Under the pieces are notes generated by a model. The model was not told where the DNA came from. It saw only the letters and a list, made by a program, of their open reading frames with translations, and searched no databases. A stretch of DNA of 64,000 bases, taken from positions 1,760,001 to 1,824,000 of the forward strand of contig CAXXTB010000002.1 of the NCBI GenBank assembly GCA_963676795.2, given 5' to 3'. This DNA comes from Geopsychrobacteraceae bacterium. GTDB taxonomy: Bacteria; Desulfobacterota; Desulfuromonadia; Desulfuromonadales; Geopsychrobacteraceae. Every line of letters starts with the position of its first letter. The stretch's first letter is position 1. Below, one piece after another: positions 10,220-19,233 of this stretch. The position numbers were made by a program, and so were the translations under genes.

Positions 10220-10235
10220 TTAAGCCATTTATATT

Positions 10236-10577
10236 CTAGTTGAATTGAACATCAAGCGGAGCCCGCCTCGATCCTGCGGAAGGTCCATAGTTCGCTTCCA
10301 GATAATCGAGGATGGTATTCTCCAACTGAGGCTCCAGATCCCAGAGCCCCTGCTTGCTCTGCATCCAGCGGATCATCTCCAGCCAACCATCACGATCGGC
10401 CTTGTTCTGCGTGATCAGCATCGCTGAATGACAGACGGTACAGGTTTGTTTGACCTCGTCAAAGCCGGGGGCGATAGTCAACCCGGTCTCCTTGTCAACC
10501 TCAGCCCCGACAGCAAAACTGACCAGCCCCATCAGAAGGATCAAGGCTATCAAAAGTCCCAAGGGTCCTCTTCGCAT
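10236..10577 (-). CDS. Monoheme cytochrome c, SorB-like partner of sulfite dehydrogenase
   Basis: Signal peptide, CTVCH, W..MIRWMQ..QGLWDL, ILDYL..NYGP; RBS AAGGAGGAG; directly downstream of the SorA-like gene. Confidence 0.85.
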   Translation of the reverse strand: MRRGPLGLLIALILLMGLVSFAVGAEVDKETGLTIAPGFDEVKQTCTVCHSAMLITQNKADRDGWLEMIRWMQSKQGLWDLEPQLENTILDYLEANYGPSAGSRRAPLDVQFN

Positions 10578-10591
10578 ATCTCCTCCTTGTG

Positions 10592-11884
10592 TTATAGAGC
10601 TTTCACAGCGATCCGGTGACAGGCGTTGTTCAGGTAACCCCGCGGATTCCAACCCGGAACGACCATCGGCTGCATCGTCCCTGTTTCATCTGTTGCCCTG
10701 GCCCAGATTTCATAGTAACCCGCCTGCGGGAAGCGGGCCCTGGCCGACCAGTCCTGCCAGGCCAGACGGTTACGTGGTGCTTTTAACGAACAGGATTGCC
10801 AGGTTGCACCGAAGTCGATAGAGATTTCCATCGTTTTGACTGCCAGATCGCCAGCCCAGGCATGGCCGCGCACTTCGATATCCTGTCCCATCGGTGCAAG
10901 GCTGCCAGAGCGCGGGAAGGTAATGATCGATTTGACCGGCATCGATTCGATAATCTTCATATCGGATTCCGGCACCTTGGTTCCGGGAGCGACCGGATAA
11001 GCAGGAACACGGTAGGACATACCGGTCATTTTGGGGCCGTCATGCTCGACATTGCGGATAACGATGCGATTCAGCCACTTGCCACTGGTTGAAGCCGGCC
11101 AGCCTCCGGTAATCAGGCGCAGCGGATAGCCATGCAGAACCGGGATATCTTCGCCGTTCATCGCCCAGGCGATGAGCGATTCATGTTCCATGGCTTTAGC
11201 GATAGGAACACCGCGGGAAATGACGACCTTTTTCGGATCGCCGCTGAGGTGGATATCTGCGCCGTAATAACCGATATAGACCGCGTCTTTTTTAACCCCG
11301 ACATATTCAAGCACGTCGCGCAGCCGCACACCTGTCCATTCAGCACAGGAAATAGCGCCCACCTTCCACTGGTTCCCCGTGGCGGGTGGATTGAATTCCG
11401 AGCGGCCATTGCCACCGCACTCCAGTTGAATCTGATAGGTGAAGGTCTCGAAGCGCGTTTTCAACTCATCGATGGTAAAGGTCACCGAACGTTGTGCGGA
11501 TTCCCCCTCAATAGTCAGGGTCCAGTTTTTGGCATCCAACATGGTCGGTACCAGCCCGTTGTTACGGACAAACATCTTTTCATAGGGGGTGATACTCTCG
11601 TCGAGAAAATGAGGCGGCGGTTCCGCATTGAGAGGTTTGTCGTTCAGGACAATCATTTCAGGGATCTTCCCTTCGATTTTCGGCATCTCTGCAGCATTGG
11701 CCTCGCCAACGAGCTGCATCCCCTCAGGAAGGAACTTGCTGAAAGGAATCTGCAGCCCTACAGCTGCGGCCATGGCCGTAACGCTGGTTGTTCGAATGAA
11801 TGAACGTCTGCTTACACCTTGATTGTTTTCGGCTGGTTCAGAATGATCGGTCTGGGGATTCGTGGGATCTTGTTCTTTTTTCAT
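10592..11884 (-). CDS. Tat-exported sulfite oxidase-family molybdoenzyme (SorA/SorT-like)
   Basis: Tat SRRSF; PLNAEPP, FVRNNG, Mo-ligand LECGGNGR, AEWTGVRL, HGYPLRL, SGKWL, GHAWAG, WNPRGYLNN. Confidence 0.92.
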   Translation of the reverse strand: MKKEQDPTNPQTDHSEPAENNQGVSRRSFIRTTSVTAMAAAVGLQIPFSKFLPEGMQLVGEANAAEMPKIEGKIPEMIVLNDKPLNAEPPPHFLDESITPYEKMFVRNNGLVPTMLDAKNWTLTIEGESAQRSVTFTIDELKTRFETFTYQIQLECGGNGRSEFNPPATGNQWKVGAISCAEWTGVRLRDVLEYVGVKKDAVYIGYYGADIHLSGDPKKVVISRGVPIAKAMEHESLIAWAMNGEDIPVLHGYPLRLITGGWPASTSGKWLNRIVIRNVEHDGPKMTGMSYRVPAYPVAPGTKVPESDMKIIESMPVKSIITFPRSGSLAPMGQDIEVRGHAWAGDLAVKTMEISIDFGATWQSCSLKAPRNRLAWQDWSARARFPQAGYYEIWARATDETGTMQPMVVPGWNPRGYLNNACHRIAVKAL

Positions 11885-12058
11885 AACTCTTCTCCCTGTC
11901 CAGAAGGAAATTTCCTAACTTTTCAAATTATAACCGTAATTCAAACGGATGCAGCTGGAGGAGAGATATTTCTACCTTTTTGGTCTGGATTACTTCAGTA
12001 GCTGGTTGTTACCTCATAGATACCAGCAAAATAAGACAGGCGAGAGAAAACTTAAAGG

Positions 12059-12934
12059 TCAACAACTTCCATATGTTTCAACGATATACTGGTGCAGCAT
12101 CTGCACGGCGGGACCCATAGTTCTGGCATTGAGAACCGACAGACCGATCGTCCTGTATTCGCAGGGCTCGATAGCACAGATCTCAACCGGATACTGGGCT
12201 CCCTTCATCACCAGTTCAGGCATGATGCAGACCCCCATGCCACCGGCGACCATGGCGATAGTCGACAGATCGTCGACAACATGACAATTGGAATAGACCT
12301 CAATCTGATATTTGGTCATGAAGTTCTGGATGTCTGCGTCACAACTTTCCCGCTGGGAAACAAAGGAATAGCTCTGCAGCTCTTCCAGCGAGACAACCTC
12401 GAGCTGCCGGTCGCCACGAAAACCTTTGGGACCGACGCATACCAGCGGATCGCGATAGAGAGAAACCATGGACAACCCGGCACTGCTCGATGCCGACAGA
12501 AAACCGAGATCGACAACACCGTTTTTCAGCCAGCCGGCAACATCATCATAGGTGCCCTGAAATACCTCGATATCAATCTGCGGAAATCTGGACTTGAAGC
12601 CATGGACGATATCGGGAACCCAGTTGACACAGACGCTGGAGAAACAACCCAGCTTGACCGTACCGCGGCTCAAACCATTGTACTCGGCAATCACCTGCTG
12701 GAGCTGCTCTTCGCTGTTGAGAACTGAATTGATATAGGGGAGCAGTTGCTCACCGAAGCTGGTCAGCGAAACACCGCTCTTGTTGCGGATCAGCAACCGT
12801 GAGCCGAGCTCCTTCTCCATCGAGGAGATGGCATGACTGACAGCGGAGGGAGTGAGGTTGAGCAGTTTAGCTGCCGACTGGTAGCTGCCCTGCTCAACCA
12901 CGGTCTTGAAAACCTGATAGGCCAGTAATGTCAT
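12059..12934 (-). CDS. LysR family transcriptional regulator
   Basis: HTH GSYQSAAKLLNLTPSAVSHAISSMEKELG plus LysR substrate-binding domain; start taken at MTLLAYQ. Confidence 0.93.
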   Translation of the reverse strand: MTLLAYQVFKTVVEQGSYQSAAKLLNLTPSAVSHAISSMEKELGSRLLIRNKSGVSLTSFGEQLLPYINSVLNSEEQLQQVIAEYNGLSRGTVKLGCFSSVCVNWVPDIVHGFKSRFPQIDIEVFQGTYDDVAGWLKNGVVDLGFLSASSSAGLSMVSLYRDPLVCVGPKGFRGDRQLEVVSLEELQSYSFVSQRESCDADIQNFMTKYQIEVYSNCHVVDDLSTIAMVAGGMGVCIMPELVMKGAQYPVEICAIEPCEYRTIGLSVLNARTMGPAVQMLHQYIVETYGSC

Positions 12935-12956
12935 CCTTGCCTGCCTGGCCATCGAA

Positions 12957-13895
12957 TCAGCTACGCGAACACTTGAAGAGCAGATCGTCCCAGCGGCGAT
13001 CGACCTCGGCCTGAAACTGGGCGAGCAACTCCTCATTCCCTTTTTTAAAGAGGTGCTTAAAGCGTCCCTGGGGCTTGAGAAAATCTTCAACAGGCCGTTT
13101 ATTCTTCGGCTCGTAGCTCAAGCGCCAACGCCCTTCTTCGACCTCAAAGAGCGGCCAATAGCAGGTTTCCACCGCAAGTTTGCAGATTTCCATGATCTGT
13201 GCCGTATCGTAGCGCCAGCCGCGCGGACAGGGAGTCAAAACATTGAGAAATGCCGCACCAGGTGTGTAGATCGCCTTTTCCGACTTCTGATGGATATCCT
13301 TGAAGTTGCCCATCGGAATGGTCTGGGCCACATACGGGACATTGTGATCGGCAATGATGGCCGAAAGATCCTTGCGGTTCTGCGGCTTGCCCGCGGAGAG
13401 GTTGCCGACCGGGGTGGTCGTCGTGTCGGTGTAGGCCGGGGTTGCCGAAGAACGCTGAACACCGGTATTCATGTAAGCGCCGTTGTCATAACAGACGTAG
13501 ACCATGTCATGATTGCGCTCCATCGCGCCGGAGAGCGACTGAAAGCCGATATCGTAGGTTCCGCCGTCGCCGCCGAAGGTGATGAACTTGAAGTTCTCCT
13601 TGACCTTGCCGCGCTTGTGCAGCGCCTTGTAGGCCGCTTCGACACCGCTTAAGGTCGCCCCGGCATTTTCAAAGGCGTTATGAACGTAGCTGTCGTTCCA
13701 GGCGGTGTAAGGATACATGAAGGTCGAAACCTCGAGACAGCCGGTCGCGTTGCCGATGACAGCCCGGTCATCCGGATTCATCGCCCGCAGCACCGCGCGT
13801 ACGGCGATGGTCGCCCCGCAACCGGCGCACATGCGGTGCCCGGGATTGAGGCGTTCGGGGCGGGACATGATTTCTTTATAGTTATATGCACTCAT
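12957..13895 (-). CDS. porB: Pyruvate/2-oxoacid:ferredoxin oxidoreductase beta subunit
   Basis: GHRMCAGCG, ATGCLEV, TPP motif GGDGGTYDIG...YDNGAYMNTG, PCPRGW. Confidence 0.93.
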   Translation of the reverse strand: MSAYNYKEIMSRPERLNPGHRMCAGCGATIAVRAVLRAMNPDDRAVIGNATGCLEVSTFMYPYTAWNDSYVHNAFENAGATLSGVEAAYKALHKRGKVKENFKFITFGGDGGTYDIGFQSLSGAMERNHDMVYVCYDNGAYMNTGVQRSSATPAYTDTTTTPVGNLSAGKPQNRKDLSAIIADHNVPYVAQTIPMGNFKDIHQKSEKAIYTPGAAFLNVLTPCPRGWRYDTAQIMEICKLAVETCYWPLFEVEEGRWRLSYEPKNKRPVEDFLKPQGRFKHLFKKGNEELLAQFQAEVDRRWDDLLFKCSRS

Positions 13896-13902
13896 AAATC
13901 GT

Positions 13903-15084
13903 CTATTTTCTCAAACCGATGTACTGATAATCGGGAATCTGCTGACCTTCGACAACCAGGCTTTCCAGTTCGGCAAAGATCTGTTGCGCCAGATCGGTGG
14001 TAAAGTCACGTCCGGCCAGGCCATAAATGTAATTGCGCGACTCAATAAACGCCTTGTACTTGAACAGCGCCGCGTTGACCTCCATCCCCAAGGGACCGCC
14101 ACCGCCGCGGTAACTTTCGGCACGATCCATGATTGCCACCGCCTTGACATGGCGCAGCGCCTCGGCGATCTCCCGTTCAGGAAAAGGACGGTAAACACGC
14201 AGTTTGAGCAGGCCGACCATCATACCCTGCTCACGCAGCTCATCGATGGCATCCTTGGCGGTTCCTGCGGCCGAGCCGATCATCAGCATGGCGTACTCGG
14301 CATCCTCCAGCCGATATTCCTCGAAATAAGCGTAGGAGCGGCCTGCAACCTTGGCAAAATCAGCGGCCACATCGAGAATCACCTGGCGGGAGCGTTCCAT
14401 CGCCTCTTCCTGGTTCTTTCTTGCCTCCATGCCGTAATCGGAGATCGCGTAGGGACCGACAGCGAGCGGCCGGGCAGCATTGAGCAGGTATTCCGCAGGC
14501 GCGTAGTCACCGACAAACGCCTTGACCAGATCGTCCTCGAGCAGCTCGATATTTTCAACCGCATGACTGGTAATGAAGCCGTCCTGACAGATCATGATCG
14601 GCAGGCGCACATCCTGATGCTCGGCGATTCGGTAAGCCTGAACGAAATTGTCGTAGGCCTCCTGGTTATTTTCCGCGTAGATCTGAATCCAGCCGGAATC
14701 GCGTGCCCCCATACTGTCAGTGTGATCGCAGTTGATATTGATCGGCCCGGAGAGGGTCCTGTTGACCAGCGCCAGGGCGATCGGCAGCCGGTTCGAAGCT
14801 GCGATATAGAGCTCCTCCCACATCAGTGCCAAGCCGCAGGACGAGGTTGCAGTCAGGGTTCTGGCCCCGGCAGCGGAAGCACCGACAGCGGCGCTCATCG
14901 AGGAATGTTCGCTCTCGACCGGAATAAATTCGGTATCGATCTCGCCATTGGCGATATAGGTTGCGACGTACTCGGGGATTTCTGTTGATGGGGTAATCGG
15001 AAAAGCCGGCAGAACATCGGGGTTGATCTGCTTGATAGCATGTGCCACGGCTTCGTTTCCGGACATGCGTTCACGTATTGCCAT
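13903..15084 (-). CDS. porA: Pyruvate/2-oxoacid:ferredoxin oxidoreductase alpha subunit
   Basis: SGNEAVA, AFPITPSTEI, VESEHSSMSA, TATSSCGL, DGFITSH, YIYGLAGRD. Confidence 0.93.
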   Translation of the reverse strand: MAIRERMSGNEAVAHAIKQINPDVLPAFPITPSTEIPEYVATYIANGEIDTEFIPVESEHSSMSAAVGASAAGARTLTATSSCGLALMWEELYIAASNRLPIALALVNRTLSGPININCDHTDSMGARDSGWIQIYAENNQEAYDNFVQAYRIAEHQDVRLPIMICQDGFITSHAVENIELLEDDLVKAFVGDYAPAEYLLNAARPLAVGPYAISDYGMEARKNQEEAMERSRQVILDVAADFAKVAGRSYAYFEEYRLEDAEYAMLMIGSAAGTAKDAIDELREQGMMVGLLKLRVYRPFPEREIAEALRHVKAVAIMDRAESYRGGGGPLGMEVNAALFKYKAFIESRNYIYGLAGRDFTTDLAQQIFAELESLVVEGQQIPDYQYIGLRK

Positions 15085-15088
15085 GGTC

Positions 15089-15391
15089 TTAAAACCCTTC
15101 TTTCATCTCAATCGCACTGAAGGGACAGACATTGGCGCAGATTCCGCACCCCTTGCAGTAATCCAGCTCAAACTCTTGGCGTTTCCCCTCAACAACAGGG
15201 ATACAGCTATCTGGACAGGTTGGCGTACAGAGCAGGCATTGCTTGCAGTTTTCGACAATAAACAGCGGTGTCGAGGTGCGCCATTCACCGGTATGAAACT
15301 GACGGGAGGTTCCGCCGCCGACAACGGTCAGGGCCTCGGTCAGCTGATGGTACGGCGTAGCGGGGTTGATCTTACTGATATCGGTACTCAC
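15089..15391 (-). CDS. porD: Pyruvate/2-oxoacid:ferredoxin oxidoreductase delta subunit (2x[4Fe-4S])
   Basis: TGEWRT; CKQCLLCTPTCP and CKGCGICANVCP; GTG start with GGAGG RBS. Confidence 0.9.
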   Translation of the reverse strand: MSTDISKINPATPYHQLTEALTVVGGGTSRQFHTGEWRTSTPLFIVENCKQCLLCTPTCPDSCIPVVEGKRQEFELDYCKGCGICANVCPFSAIEMKEGF

Positions 15392-15392
15392 C

Positions 15393-15986
15393 TTAAGCGA
15401 CCTCCAGGACGCGCGGCGCGACCTCATCAAAGGTCATCATCAGTGCGTTCATGTTGCCTTCGACAACCTCGGGCTTGGTCGCAAACTTGTGGCGGTAAGA
15501 GGTTTCCATCTCATCGAGAAACTGATCGCGGTTCATGATGCCACTGACGGCAACTGCTGCTGCGAGCATCGGTGAGTTGGGAAAATACCTGCCGAGGGTT
15601 GCCAGCGAGATGCGCCGGGCATCGACGCTATAGATGGCCCCCTGATACCCCTTGAGCAGGGGAACGATTGCGTCCAGTGGTCTCGCCGTATTGATGATGA
15701 TGGCTCCGTCCGCACTCAACCCGGCCGTCACATCAACCGACTCGAGCAGCGTCTCATCGACCACGACAACAAAATCCGGATGATAGATATGCGAATGAAC
15801 ACGAATTGCACGACTACTGATCCGGTTAAAAGCTGTGATCGGGGCACCCATCCGCTCAGGGCCATATTCAGGAAATCCCTGAACAAACTTGCCTGTCTTG
15901 AACGCCACATCGGCCAGCAGCAGAGCAGCTGTTTTAGCCCCCTGCCCGCCACGACCGTGCCAGCGAATTTCAATGGTCTTGTTCAA
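15393..15986 (-). CDS. porC: Pyruvate/2-oxoacid:ferredoxin oxidoreductase gamma subunit
   Basis: EIRWHGRGGQGAKTA, FPEYGPERMGAP, PDFVVVVDETL, PNSPML; TTG start. Confidence 0.93.
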   Translation of the reverse strand: MNKTIEIRWHGRGGQGAKTAALLLADVAFKTGKFVQGFPEYGPERMGAPITAFNRISSRAIRVHSHIYHPDFVVVVDETLLESVDVTAGLSADGAIIINTARPLDAIVPLLKGYQGAIYSVDARRISLATLGRYFPNSPMLAAAVAVSGIMNRDQFLDEMETSYRHKFATKPEVVEGNMNALMMTFDEVAPRVLEVA

Positions 15987-16054
15987 AGCGGAAACTCCTT
16001 TATGATATTTTTTACCGGATAGTATCGTATGACCTGTTCAAAGTAAACGTTTTG

Positions 16055-16091
16055 ATGAGGCAATTTCATTTTTTAAATGAAATTATTTCAT
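16055..16091. promoter_or_regulatory. Two tandem LysR-type boxes (ATGA-N7-TCAT) upstream of porC
   Basis: ATGAggcaattTCAT at 16055-16069 and ATGAaattattTCAT at 16077-16091, 22 bp apart. A candidate -10 TACGAT lies on the minus strand at 16024-16029. Confidence 0.65.
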
Positions 16092-16121
16092 CGATATCCG
16101 GCAATCTTTTAAGTCACAAAT

Positions 16122-16153
16122 AAAAAAAAGGACAGGCAGTGCCCGTCCTCTTT
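16122..16153 (-). terminator. Intrinsic terminator downstream of gspE-like gene
   Basis: AGGACGGGC/GCCTGTCCT stem followed by a U-run on the minus strand. Confidence 0.65.
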
Positions 16154-16178
16154 TAAAGACTCGGAATTTCAAACAGGT

Positions 16179-17966
16179 TCAGCCGGTTACTGCCACCACC
16201 TCTTCAAAGGTCGTCTCACCAAGCAGCATCTTGCGGATTGCCGATTCGCGCAGCGTTGTCATCCCGCCTTCCCGAGCGATGGCACCAAGCAGCGCCAGAT
16301 CCGACTCCGCATTGATCGCCGCCTTGATCCGGCTGTTGACATCCAGAATCTCAAAGATCCCGATCCGCCCTTTGTAACCGGTCCCGCGACAGGAGCTGCA
16401 CCCCGCCCCCTCCCAGACGATGACATCCTCCTCACCGAAACCGAGATGTTTGCGTTCCGCCTCGTTGAGCAGTCTCTCCTGTTTGCATTCACGACAGATG
16501 GTTCGGATCAGACGCTGGGCATTGATGCCGATCAGTGTCGACGAGAGCAGGAAATAAGGCACCCCGAGCTCGAGCAGGCGGATGATCGATGACGGCGCAT
16601 CGTTAGTGTGCAGGGTCGACAGCACCAGGTGCCCGGTCAGCGCCGCCTGAACAGCATTGTCGGCGGTCTCCTTGTCACGGATCTCACCGATCATGATGAT
16701 GTCCGGATCCTGACGCAGGATGTTGCGCAGCACCGTGGAAAAGGTGACATCGATAGCGGTCTGCACCCCGACCTGATTGAACTCCTCTAGAACCATCTCG
16801 ATCGGATCTTCGACCGTGACAATATTCACCTCCGGCGACGCTAGCGCGCGCAACGACGAATAGAGGGTTGTGGTTTTACCGCTCCCGGTCGGTCCGGTGA
16901 CCAGGATGATGCCGTTCGGCTGGTGAATGAACGAATTGAACAGCTGGTACTCTCGCGGCTCGAAACCGAGGTTCTCCAGATCCTGCATGAGGATATCAGG
17001 GTCGAAAATCCGGATGACCACCTTCTCACCAAAGGCGACCGGCAGGGTTGAAACCCGCAGCTCGATCTCCTTGTTCTTGTGGCTGGTCTTGATCCGGCCG
17101 TCCTGCGGGCGGCGCTTTTCCGACAGATCGAGTCGCGCCAGCAGCTTAATCCGCGAAACGATGGCCGGATGCAGCTTTTTGGGAACGTTATGGATGTTGT
17201 GCAGAACCCCGTCAACGCGCAGCCGGATCATCGACCTGTCCCGTTTAGGCTCGATATGGATATCGCTGGCGCGCTGGTCGAAGGCATACTGCAAGAGAAA
17301 ATCGACGGCTGCAATAACGTGTTTGTCGGTGCCGTTCTCCTCCAGGTGCGGGGTATGCATCTGGAAGTGCATTTCGAGGTTGGAGATGTCGGTCCCCTGA
17401 ATCGTTTCAGATTCAGCCGCCACGACGGATGCTCTGAAGCCGAAGAATTCCCCCAGAACCTTGAGGATATCAGAACGGGAAGACAGCACCCGTTCCACAT
17501 TGATCCTGAGTGTTCTCTGCAGCTCGTCTATCGCATAGCTGTCAAACGGATCTGCAACCGCGATAATCAGCGCTCCGTCGAGAAGATCCACAGGCACCAG
17601 CATATTCTTCAGGGCAAATGCCCGTGAAACATGGCTGGTAACAATCTCCAGATCCAGCTTCAAAGGGTCGATTTTCAGATAGCGCATACCAACGGCACGG
17701 GCGATGATCTCGGTAATCCGGTCCTCGCTGAGCAGTTTACGGCTGTCGGGGATTTCCAGATTGAAAGAACTGATGACCTCGGCCGGGGACAGGCTCTCGG
17801 CATGGAGTCCCTGCCCTTTGCTGCGCCCGCCCGACTGCTTGTGCAACCGTTCATACTGCCGCTCCCCCTGGTGCAGGACCATCTCCAACTGTTCTTCACT
17901 GAGGAGGTTGCGCCGTTTTAAGAGCTGTGCGACAGAAGCAATGGTCAGTTTTTTTTGTGGCTGCAT
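16179..17966 (-). CDS. GspE/PulE/PilB family secretion or pilus ATPase (stand-alone)
   Basis: ASDIHIEP, RRPQDGR, GEKVVIR, Walker A GPTGSGKTT, LRQDPDIIMIGEIRD, GHLVLSTLH, CxxC...CxxC zinc motif. Confidence 0.93.
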   Translation of the reverse strand: MQPQKKLTIASVAQLLKRRNLLSEEQLEMVLHQGERQYERLHKQSGGRSKGQGLHAESLSPAEVISSFNLEIPDSRKLLSEDRITEIIARAVGMRYLKIDPLKLDLEIVTSHVSRAFALKNMLVPVDLLDGALIIAVADPFDSYAIDELQRTLRINVERVLSSRSDILKVLGEFFGFRASVVAAESETIQGTDISNLEMHFQMHTPHLEENGTDKHVIAAVDFLLQYAFDQRASDIHIEPKRDRSMIRLRVDGVLHNIHNVPKKLHPAIVSRIKLLARLDLSEKRRPQDGRIKTSHKNKEIELRVSTLPVAFGEKVVIRIFDPDILMQDLENLGFEPREYQLFNSFIHQPNGIILVTGPTGSGKTTTLYSSLRALASPEVNIVTVEDPIEMVLEEFNQVGVQTAIDVTFSTVLRNILRQDPDIIMIGEIRDKETADNAVQAALTGHLVLSTLHTNDAPSSIIRLLELGVPYFLLSSTLIGINAQRLIRTICRECKQERLLNEAERKHLGFGEEDVIVWEGAGCSSCRGTGYKGRIGIFEILDVNSRIKAAINAESDLALLGAIAREGGMTTLRESAIRKMLLGETTFEEVVAVTG

Positions 17967-18191
17967 AAATAACCTTATCCCGGGATAACTGTCATATCAG
18001 CCTGTTAGATTACTTGGCTTCGCCAATCTGTGCAAACAGAAGATAGTTAGATAAGTGTAAAGGCCAATAATCGTCGATTCAGCTAGATCGACCATGCGAC
18101 AGACTTTAAGGGGGGAGTGGGAAGAAACGGAAGCGTCCCAAGCGACGCTGAACAGGATACGGAGGGGTTCAGGCAGGCATGAACATGGCTT

Positions 18192-18371
18192 TCAATGGGA
18201 CAGTCGCCCCTTCTTCAATTCCGAAATAACGACATCAACAATACCGGGGATCTTCCTGTTGCCCAATTCCCAATCCTGATAAGTGCGATACGGAGTATTA
18301 AGTATCTTGGCCATCTGCTTGACATTAAAACCAGTGCTGATCCGGTAGGCTCTGAGTTCGGTATTTTTCAT
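18192..18371 (-). CDS. XRE/Cro-C1-type HTH protein, 59 aa (absent from ORF track)
   Basis: Manual translation MKNTELRAYRISTGFNVKQMAKILNTPYRTYQDWELGNRKIPGIVDVVISELKKGRLSH* shows the XRE pattern LR..R...G...QMA..L....RTYQ.WE.G.R.IP. ATGA overlap with the upstream ORF. Confidence 0.8.
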   Translation of the reverse strand: MKNTELRAYRISTGFNVKQMAKILNTPYRTYQDWELGNRKIPGIVDVVISELKKGRLSH

Positions 18372-18526
18372 AATCCGGCTTTATTGGCTTTTTTCAGAGC
18401 CCTTTCAAGAGCTTGGAAGTTATAATCGTTATCGCACCAGATAAACTTGCTACTGGCCTCAAAAACGCTGCAGAGATTCTCGTAAACCCTGACATCAACT
18501 CTGACTGTTCTGGTGGTGTTTTTCAT
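18368..18526 (-). CDS. Hypothetical protein, 52 aa
   Basis: MKNTTRTVRVDVRVYENLCSVFEASSKFIWCDNDYNFQALERALKKANKAGL; RBS AGGGGGTG; translationally coupled to the HTH gene. Confidence 0.6.
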   Translation of the reverse strand: MKNTTRTVRVDVRVYENLCSVFEASSKFIWCDNDYNFQALERALKKANKAGL

Positions 18527-18554
18527 AGCATCACCCCCTGTCTTTTTATTTTTA

Positions 18555-18582
18555 ATTATATACGCTATGCGTGCACTTTCAA
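18555..18582 (-). promoter_or_regulatory. Sigma70-type promoter with internal palindrome
   Basis: Minus strand TTGAAA-16 nt-TATAAT; the spacer contains ACGC-ATA-GCGT. Confidence 0.6.
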
Positions 18583-18619
18583 GCGAACAGGCAGGCTCTG
18601 TATTTTCAGAAATCACAAT

Positions 18620-18662
18620 AAATCAGAACGCCCCAGTCAGTTTGACTGGGGCGTTCTGATTT
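18620..18662. terminator. Perfect 20-bp inverted repeat, probable terminator
   Basis: AAATCAGAACGCCCCAGTCA-gtt-TGACTGGGGCGTTCTGATTT. Confidence 0.75.
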
Positions 18663-18707
18663 GAAACTCGAGACTGTCTATCATTTCTTATTATTCAATA
18701 ATTCAGG

Positions 18708-18878
18708 TCATTTGCCAGCTGATTGGTTCGGGTTATGTTTTTTGCCAGTAATAACGTTTTCCCTATGATTTTTCGGTTGCGACTTCCCCCTGGTGATCGG
18801 ATAAGAGCACCCCGGACAAAGGTCATGATCATCGAGCACTGCCCGACCACATTCAGGGCATAAAACAATATAGTGCAT
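18708..18878 (-). CDS. Small zinc-ribbon protein (56 aa)
   Basis: CPECG-x9-CPGC; RBS AGGAGAGG before ATG 18878. Confidence 0.65.
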   Translation of the reverse strand: MHYIVLCPECGRAVLDDHDLCPGCSYPITRGKSQPKNHRENVITGKKHNPNQSAGK

Positions 18879-19233
18879 GATACCTCTCCTTGCTGTTTGA
18901 TGAGTCATGAGAAATTGCGCGACAGGACTTTCAGTATAACAGTTGAAGAGAGTTTTTCACTCAGGTCAGCATTTTTTGTGGCCTGTCCAGATGATGGCCA
19001 TCAGTCAAACTCCTGTTTTTTTTGATATATCCACATATAAATATCTCGCTTTTTTTTACGGGAACTGACAAGTCCAGGCTAAGCCGCCACGTACAGTTGT
19101 TTCCCCTCATGCTGCTGATATACTTTTTTTAGTCCCTTTGCAAATTTCCGGTCTTGAATTCTGCCCAGTGAGCAGGGGAACAAACGGCCCAACCGACATT
19201 GTGCACTGAACGCACATTATGGAGGTTTACGCT

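Noticed and set aside
13053..14988. 199-aa and 334-aa + strand ORFs
   Set aside because: Antisense to porB and porA.
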